64,000 nucleotides of DNA from an uncultured Candidatus Saccharibacteria bacterium (lineage in GTDB: Bacteria > Patescibacteriota > CAZHWT01), in assembly GCA_964554805.1 (NCBI GenBank), contig CAZKPX010000003.1:76366-140365 (forward strand). The letters run 5' to 3'. Positions 28,173-34,878 of this stretch are shown piece by piece; the stretch's first letter is position 1, and every line of letters begins with the position of its first letter. The position numbers and the translations under genes are program-made. The notes beneath the pieces are model-generated. The model saw only the letters and a list, made by a program, of their open reading frames with translations, had not been told where the DNA came from and searched no databases.

Positions 28173-28550
28173 ATGGCAAAACTATTAGTAGTTGAAGACG
28201 ATCAGTTTTTATTGGATTTATATTGTGACCTATTGAGTGGTGAGGGGTATGAGGTTGACCGAGCTGTTAATGGCACAGAAGCTTTTGAAAAGATGTCGAA
28301 AGAGCAGTACGATTTGGTGTTGCTGGATATCATGTTGCCCGAGAAAGATGGTATTACTGTTCTGAAAGAATTAACTGAAAATCAGCGCAAGAAGGTGGGT
28401 CAGGTAGTGTTGTTGACCAATTTGAATCAAGAAGCATTGATCAACGAAGGTTTTTCGTTGGGCGTGGTTGGGTATCTGATTAAATCGGCTCTGGCTCCAG
28501 ATCAGGTGTTGTCTGAGGTGAGGAGCTTTTTAGATGCCGGCAAGAAATAA
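28173..28550 (+). CDS. Single-domain response regulator (CheY-like receiver only)
   Basis: LLVVEDDQ...LVLLDIMLPEKDG (phospho-acceptor Asp region) and a K in the LIKSAL region. No output domain. Confidence 0.8.
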   Translation: MAKLLVVEDDQFLLDLYCDLLSGEGYEVDRAVNGTEAFEKMSKEQYDLVLLDIMLPEKDGITVLKELTENQRKKVGQVVLLTNLNQEALINEGFSLGVVGYLIKSALAPDQVLSEVRSFLDAGKK

Positions 28551-29292
28551 GAAGGCTAAGGGTGCGACGAGCGACGAGCGACGAGCGACGGGAATAGATG
28601 GTGAGGTTATAGCTCTGGTTTTGCCGCCGGTGCTGTATGAGGATGATGCGATAATGGTGCTCAATAAGCCGGCTGGGTTGGTGGTTGAGAAGAGCCATAC
28701 TCATTCGCAGGTAACCTTGCAGGATTTATTGCCGTTTGCTGATGAGGTGGATAGGGCTGGTTTGGTGCACCGGCTTGATCGAGATACGTCCGGAGTAATG
28801 GTAGTGGCAAAGACTAATGACAGTCAGGCTGCGCTGCAAAAGCAATTTTTGGAACGAACTACTGATAAAGAGTATATGGCTTTGGTGTGGGGTAAATTGG
28901 CAGATGATCATGCTGTCATTAATGCGCCGATTGCCCGTCATCCCAAGATTGGCTATAAATATGTGGTAATGGACGGTGGGCGGGATGCTAAGACTGAATT
29001 TTGGCGGCTTGGCGAGTATAAACTAGCCGATGATGTAGCAAGCTTGATTAAAGTAGATCTTCATACTGGTCGGACACATCAGATTCGGGTTCATATGATG
29101 GCCATGGGCCATGCTTTGGTTGGTGATACAGTCTATGGTCGTCGAAAGGATAAATCTGCAATTCGACAATTTCTGCATGCCTCGAAGCTCAGCCTGCAAC
29201 ATCCAGCCACCGGGAAGACCATGACCTTTGAGGCACCGCTGGCTGATGATTTGCAACGATTTTTGGATGGCTTGAAGCAGACGAATGAGTAG
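28534..29292 (+). CDS. RluA-family pseudouridine synthase
   Basis: HRLDRDTSGVMVVAKT catalytic Asp motif, LYEDDAIMVLNKPAG. The N-terminal 25 aa are encoded by a (GCGACG)n copy (ATSDERRATG). Confidence 0.8.
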   Translation: MPARNKKAKGATSDERRATGIDGEVIALVLPPVLYEDDAIMVLNKPAGLVVEKSHTHSQVTLQDLLPFADEVDRAGLVHRLDRDTSGVMVVAKTNDSQAALQKQFLERTTDKEYMALVWGKLADDHAVINAPIARHPKIGYKYVVMDGGRDAKTEFWRLGEYKLADDVASLIKVDLHTGRTHQIRVHMMAMGHALVGDTVYGRRKDKSAIRQFLHASKLSLQHPATGKTMTFEAPLADDLQRFLDGLKQTNE

Positions 29293-29307
29293 AGTAGCTT
29301 AACGAGA

Positions 29308-30165
29308 GGTTGTGGTGGCAACTTCGGGTTGTGGCAACTCCGGGAGTTGCCATCTGGAGAAACACCGGTATAAGGCGGTGTTTTATTCGAGCAAAAGGTG
29401 CTTTATTGTTTCTAAGCTCTGTTGATATTTCGATCTGTTTTTAAGATAGCTGCGATAGCTTGTTGGATGATTGGGGTTGGAGTTGAATTGATTGAGAATA
29501 ATTTGTGGTTCGACGCTTACTGTGGGAGATGAGGTAGTCGACAGGTATCTGCCAACTGACGACCAGGGATAGTAATTGTTATCCTCTATATTTTTGACGA
29601 TATGAGATGATAGTGGGTTGAGGTGGATATATCGAGATAGATGAAATAGCTGTAATTCAGTTTCAACTAAAACCCCTTTAAACCTTCCTTGAAAGAGGCT
29701 GCCTGATCTGGAGTGTTTTTTATTTATATACTTAGCATAGCTATCTTGCCACATTGCTTGGAATCTCTCGATGCCGTTTGGACTCTCCTGCCGCAGCAAT
29801 AAATGATAATGATTAGGCATTAGAGCAAAAGCAATAATACTTATTTGGGGATGATTGTTGCTTTGTATTTGAGTATCAGCAGGTAGGCGAATATACTTAG
29901 AGTAGGGTAGCGGCTGATTCTGTAGTCGATAGTAGTCTAAGAGTCTAAGGCATCGCTGATAATCGGTGGAGTGAAAAAATATTGGTTGATGATCAACGCC
30001 TCTGTTGAAAATGTGATATATCTGGCTTTGGATGAGTGGTAGACGTCTTTTTGGCATTATGTTGTTTCTATACAGGGGGATAATTTGAAAGTCAACAGGC
30101 AGGCGTGTAAAAATGTGTGTTATGTGGTACCGGGGTTGTCTGAGTTGGCAACTCCCGGAGTTGCC
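29308..30165. mobile_element. REP-associated tyrosine transposase unit: IS200/IS605-like TnpA flanked by inverted 19-nt REP-like palindromes
   Basis: Left palindrome ggcaactccgggagttgcc at 29333-29351, preceded by the partial copy ggcaacttcgggttgtg. Right palindrome ggcaactcccggagttgcc at 30147-30165 is the exact reverse complement of the left one. Confidence 0.7.
29383..30057 (-). CDS. IS200/IS605-family Y1 (HUH) transposase, REP-associated tyrosine transposase-like
   Basis: HUH motif PNHYHLLL and a catalytic Tyr in RYIHLNPL. About 225 aa from the internal ATG at 30057. The 373 aa six-frame ORF is an upstream read-through. Confidence 0.75.
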   Translation of the reverse strand: MPKRRLPLIQSQIYHIFNRGVDHQPIFFHSTDYQRCLRLLDYYRLQNQPLPYSKYIRLPADTQIQSNNHPQISIIAFALMPNHYHLLLRQESPNGIERFQAMWQDSYAKYINKKHSRSGSLFQGRFKGVLVETELQLFHLSRYIHLNPLSSHIVKNIEDNNYYPWSSVGRYLSTTSSPTVSVEPQIILNQFNSNPNHPTSYRSYLKNRSKYQQSLETIKHLLLE

Positions 30166-30246
30166 TGGATGTTGGATTGGTTGCCTGTTGGGGTGGTATA
30201 CGGTACTATGAATAGTACAACCAGATGAGTAATCTGGGACTGTCCT

Positions 30247-31977
30247 ATGTTTTTGAATATTGATATAAGCTCTCCATTTTTTCAGTTTGGTGGGATGCTG
30301 GTGTTGGCATCGATAATTGGTTTGGTTTGTTATCGTCTGAAGAAGCCGTTGTTTTTTGCGTACCTGGCGACGGGGGTGTTGGTTGGTGTGGCCATGGGTG
30401 GCGACTTTGCTCATTCTGAAACAATTCACTTGTTCTCTGAATTGGGGATTGCTTTCCTGCTGTTCTTGATTGGGATGGAATTTAACCTGAAAGATATTCG
30501 GCATATCGGCAAAATCGGTTTGGTGGCTGGGTTAGGGCAGATCGCTATTGTCGGGACAATTAGCTTTAGCGTGGCGGTGTGGTTTGGTTTGGCTGTTTTG
30601 CCGTCTATTTATGTGGCTCTGGCCATGACTTTTGCCTCGATGGTTATTTCAGTTAAATATCTCAATGACCATCAAGCTACTGAAACGCTCTATGGCAAGG
30701 TGGATTTGATGATGCACTTGGTGCAGTCAGTGGTGGCTGTGTTGGCTTTGATGGTGTTGTCGACGGTGGCTGCTATTAATTGGCAGAGTCGGGGTGATAT
30801 AGCAGTCTGGGTGATAGATTTTGCGTTGTTGTTGACCAAGGGGGCGTTGCTGCTGGTGTTGTATATTTACCTTAGTCAGGCGGTTTTGCCAAAGATATTT
30901 AAGATGATGGCCGGATCGACAGAGCTATTGGTGTTGGGAAGTGTTGCCTGGTGTGTTTTTGGGGCCGGCTTGGCCTATGTGTTTGGGTTCTCGGTAGAAG
31001 TCGGCGCATTTTTGGCGGGATTAGCTTTGTCGAGTTCGGGGTATCAGTTTCAGGTGACAGCTCGAATTAAGCCAATTCGAGATTTTTTTGTGGTGGTGTT
31101 CTTTATTGGTCTGGGTATTCAAGTGACCAACTTTTCATTGTGGGAGGTGTTGTTGTCGGCCTTGGTGTTGAGCGCGGTGGTATTGGTATTGAATCCGTTG
31201 GTGTCGACGATTTTATTGAGCAGATTGGGCTACAAGCGACATACGGCTTTTTTTGCTTCGATTTTGATGAATCAGATTGGGGAATTTTCAGTTATTCTGG
31301 CGGCTTTGGGAGTTAGTTTGCATCATTTATCAGCCCAAGAGGGGTCTTTGATCACGACGACGGTGCTGTTGACGATGTTGGCTTCCAGTTATGTGATTGA
31401 TCATCAACAATGGGTTTATAAAAAGCTGCGTCCGTTGTTGGCTTGGTTGGAGCGGTCGGACGGTAAAGAGCTGAGGCTGCGCAAAAAGATCTGGAGTGAT
31501 CATGTGGTAGTGCTGGGCGCACATCGGCTGGGTAGTGATGTGTTGGATACATTGCGCAAGGGACGAGCTAAGATGTTGGTGGTGGATTATGATCCGGATC
31601 GGGTGGCCTTGCTTGAAGAAGATGGCTATGCGGTGATTTATGGCGATGCAGTGGATGAGAGTGTTTTGGAGGAGGCAGGTGTTTCCGCTGCTCGGCTGAT
31701 TATTTCAACTATTGATGATGATCCCTCTACGAGACAACTATTGAGAGAGCTGCGTCAGCAAAAAGTTGATGCGCCGGTGGTGGTGACGGCTACAACTATT
31801 AATGAAGCCTTGGATTACTACCGCTTGGGAGCAGCCTATGTTATCATTCCGATGCTTTTGGGTGGCAAGGCTATCACTCAAGTGGTTAAGGATCATTTGA
31901 GTGAAATTCATCCGTTGGAGCCGGCTAAGTTGCTTCATTTGCAGCATTTGGCGGCGGAGGGGTATTTGATGCGCTAG
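30247..31977 (+). CDS. Kef-type CPA2 monovalent cation/proton antiporter with C-terminal RCK/TrkA-N domain
   Basis: 12-13 TM helices, then the Rossmann RCK motif HVVVLGAHRLGSDV...DAVDESVLEEAGV. Confidence 0.8.
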   Translation: MFLNIDISSPFFQFGGMLVLASIIGLVCYRLKKPLFFAYLATGVLVGVAMGGDFAHSETIHLFSELGIAFLLFLIGMEFNLKDIRHIGKIGLVAGLGQIAIVGTISFSVAVWFGLAVLPSIYVALAMTFASMVISVKYLNDHQATETLYGKVDLMMHLVQSVVAVLALMVLSTVAAINWQSRGDIAVWVIDFALLLTKGALLLVLYIYLSQAVLPKIFKMMAGSTELLVLGSVAWCVFGAGLAYVFGFSVEVGAFLAGLALSSSGYQFQVTARIKPIRDFFVVVFFIGLGIQVTNFSLWEVLLSALVLSAVVLVLNPLVSTILLSRLGYKRHTAFFASILMNQIGEFSVILAALGVSLHHLSAQEGSLITTTVLLTMLASSYVIDHQQWVYKKLRPLLAWLERSDGKELRLRKKIWSDHVVVLGAHRLGSDVLDTLRKGRAKMLVVDYDPDRVALLEEDGYAVIYGDAVDESVLEEAGVSAARLIISTIDDDPSTRQLLRELRQQKVDAPVVVTATTINEALDYYRLGAAYVIIPMLLGGKAITQVVKDHLSEIHPLEPAKLLHLQHLAAEGYLMR

Positions 31978-32018
31978 GGCTGTCAAAGCGACAGGCGACA
32001 AGCGACAAGAACAAGCTA

Positions 32019-33245
32019 ATGGCATTTTTTACTATTTTGAAAACTGACACTAAAACCAAGGCTCGACGGGGAGTTATTTCGACGGAGCATGGCGATATTC
32101 AGACGCCGGCATTTTTTCCGGTGGGTACGCAGGGGACTGTTAAGTCATTGTCTCAGCAAGAGTTGTGGGATATGGGGGCGCGGTTGATTTTGGGTAATAC
32201 CTATCATTTATATTTGCGTCCGGGAGCTGATATTGTGGCAGAAGCGGGCGGTTTGCATGAGTTTCAGCAGTGGAAGGGGGCTTTGTTTACTGATAGTGGA
32301 GGGTTTCAGGTGTTTAGTTTGGGGTTGGGACTGGAGAATAAGCGACAGGCGACGAGCGACAGGCGACGAGAGGGGAGTCAGAAGGTGGATGCGATACGTC
32401 ATTTGCCTCAGGGGATGTTGGCTAAGGTGGATGAGGAGGGAGTAACTTTTAGGTCTCATTTAGATGGGTCGATTCATCGGTTTACGCCGGAGATTTCGTT
32501 GGCTACTCAGCATAAGATTGGCGCAGATATTATTTTGTCTTTTGATGAGTGTGCGCCGCATCCTGCCAGCTATGACTATACTCGTCAGGCAATGGAGCGA
32601 ACTCATCGATGGGCTAAGCGAGGACTTGATTATCATCAGGAGCATAAGCAGAGCCATCAGCATCTGTTTGGCATAGTGCAGGGTGGGGTGTATGAAGATT
32701 TGCGAGTGGCATCGGCCAAGTATATTGATAGCTTGGACTTTGATGGGTATTGTGTCGGCGGAGTATCAGTAGGGGAGTCTAAGGAGGAAATGGACAGGGC
32801 AGTTCGCTGGACCACGCCTTTGCTCGACCCGAGCAAGCCTCGACACTTGTTGGGAGTGGGGGATATTGATGATATGTTCAGAGGGGTGGAGCAGGGCATT
32901 GATACCTTTGATTGTGTGACACCGACTCGGTGGGGGCGCAATGGGACATTGATTGTTCACCCTGAAACAGCCAAAGAAGAAGGTTCGGCCAATCCGTATC
33001 GACTGATTATTACTAATAATAAATATCGAAATGACTTCCGACCGCTTGATCCACGCTCCGACAACTGGGCCAGTCGCACCTATAGCCGAGCTTACCTGCA
33101 CCATTTGTTTAGGGCTAGTGAAATCTTGGGTGTGCGGATTGCTTCTTATCATAATGTGGCGACGATGTTGCAGTTGGCTGAAAAGATGAGAGCCAGCCTA
33201 GAGGATGATAGTTGGGATGCTTTGAAGAAGGAATATTTGGTATGA
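32019..33245 (+). CDS. tgt: Queuine tRNA-ribosyltransferase with a repeat-encoded insertion and a degenerate zinc site
   Basis: Conserved motifs [27 protein letters not shown] and [9 protein letters not shown]. A 28 aa insert ([18 protein letters not shown]) is encoded by (GCGACR)n at 32335-32372. The CxCxxC zinc ligands are replaced ([11 protein letters not shown]). Confidence 0.85.
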   Translation: [408 protein letters not shown]

Positions 33246-33330
33246 GTTGGGCTGAATGGTTGATCCATTTTGAATATAGTGCGGTCATGGTCTTGGCAAA
33301 TCGTGCTACCTGGTGGGATAGATTGGAAGG

Positions 33331-34359
33331 TTGGGGATTATGACCAGTCGACGACGAACCCAGCGGGCTGCCTCTCGCCGCCGCAGTCCGTTGATGAAAT
33401 GGCTACCATGGATACTCCTGGTGGTGGTTATTGTGCTGGTTGGGTGGTGGATTGTAGCCAGTTATGTGGGATTGAAGGATAGGGTGCAGCCGGTGGAGGA
33501 TAGCGCTAATAGCCATGGATTTATCAGGAGTCAGGCCGGACAACGGTCGACTATGCTCCTGATTCAGTCGAGTGACTCAGGGGAGACTATTGAGAAGTTG
33601 GCTATTGTTCAAGCTGATTTTGAAACATCAAAGGTTACGGTATTGTTGTTGCCGACCAACTTGTCAGATGGGCAGACTGCCGCCAATGCTTTTTGGCGAG
33701 CGGGGTATTACAAAGAGTTGCAGCAGATGGTGGAAGGACAGCTAGGATTGCCCATAGATGGTTACTTGATAGAAGAGAATGCCAATCAAACATCAAGTTG
33801 GAGCGATGTATTGACGATGGATGTGCCAATGAGCTGGATTGGGACTGGGGTGGGCTTGCCGGTTTGGCTTGCGTCATTTGGGGAGATTAAAACGACGTTG
33901 GTGTGGAATGATTATTTGCAGTTGTTGTGGATGATTCGGTCGGCTACTGTTAGAGAAGAGTTAGCCGTGACTTTGCCTGAGCAGGGTATGGTGGAGACGG
34001 ATGGCTTGGTGGTGCTGAAACCTGAGTTGGTCGATGCTCGTATTGAGGAATTGCTTGGTGATCCGCGGATTATAGAAAGCAAGACAACAGTGGTGGTGGA
34101 GAATGCTACTACAGCCAGTGGCTTGGCTTCGCAAATGGGTCGGTTTGTAGCAAATATGGGAGGCGAGGTGGTAGCGACGGTGCCGGCGGATGGACCTGAA
34201 ACGAGGTCGCAGCTGATTGCCGACAAGGAGAGTGTTTTGACTCAGCAATTGAGTAGATTTTTGGGGATTCCGTTGACGATTAAGGAGAGGTCTGGGCGTG
34301 AACGGTCGGAAGTTGAATTGGTGTTGGGGTCGGATGCACTAGGGCGGTTGGGGAGGTAG
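33331..34359 (+). CDS. LytR-CpsA-Psr (LCP) family cell-envelope polymer transferase
   Basis: N-terminal TM anchor, MLLIQSSDSGE (LCP core DSR-like), C-terminal LytR_C-like domain (KTTVVVENATTASGLASQMGRFV). Confidence 0.55.
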   Translation: MGIMTSRRRTQRAASRRRSPLMKWLPWILLVVVIVLVGWWIVASYVGLKDRVQPVEDSANSHGFIRSQAGQRSTMLLIQSSDSGETIEKLAIVQADFETSKVTVLLLPTNLSDGQTAANAFWRAGYYKELQQMVEGQLGLPIDGYLIEENANQTSSWSDVLTMDVPMSWIGTGVGLPVWLASFGEIKTTLVWNDYLQLLWMIRSATVREELAVTLPEQGMVETDGLVVLKPELVDARIEELLGDPRIIESKTTVVVENATTASGLASQMGRFVANMGGEVVATVPADGPETRSQLIADKESVLTQQLSRFLGIPLTIKERSGRERSEVELVLGSDALGRLGR

Positions 34360-34460
34360 GAGCTATAAAATTCTAAATTCCTAAATCCTCATCCGTCAGC
34401 TGGGGGAGGCGGTCTAAATCCCTGAATACGCGGGGAATGTGCGGGAAATATTTGGCTACA

Positions 34461-34493
34461 AAAAAACCACCGATTTTGGGTGGTTTTTTTGCC
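34461..34493 (+). terminator. Rho-independent terminator
   Basis: aaaaaaccacc-gattttg-ggtggtttttttgcc. Confidence 0.65.
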
Positions 34494-34878
34494 GCATTAT
34501 AGTTAACGAAAAAAGGTTAAAAATAATACGAAGAAAGGAGAGAGACAAAAGCAGTGTATCATAGATATGGTTATCTGTCAACACCTGTGATTGAAATTGG
34601 TGGAATTAGGCAAATCATTCACAATTATCCTTCGTGTCATGTTGATGCTTGGCTGTATTTTTTGCCTATTTAGCAGGACAATAGCCGCTTTTGTATCAAA
34701 AGACTTTCTTTGATGTGGTACAATAAGCAGGTTATGAGACTAGCTAGTTTGCCTAGACGGGCTGTCTTGTGAGTTATATGTAGGCCCGATAGTGTACTTA
34801 TAACAAAAGATTATTTGAGATTATTTGAACATTTAGGCTGCGAAAGAGATGAGTAGAGAAAATAAGTCGTAATACATT

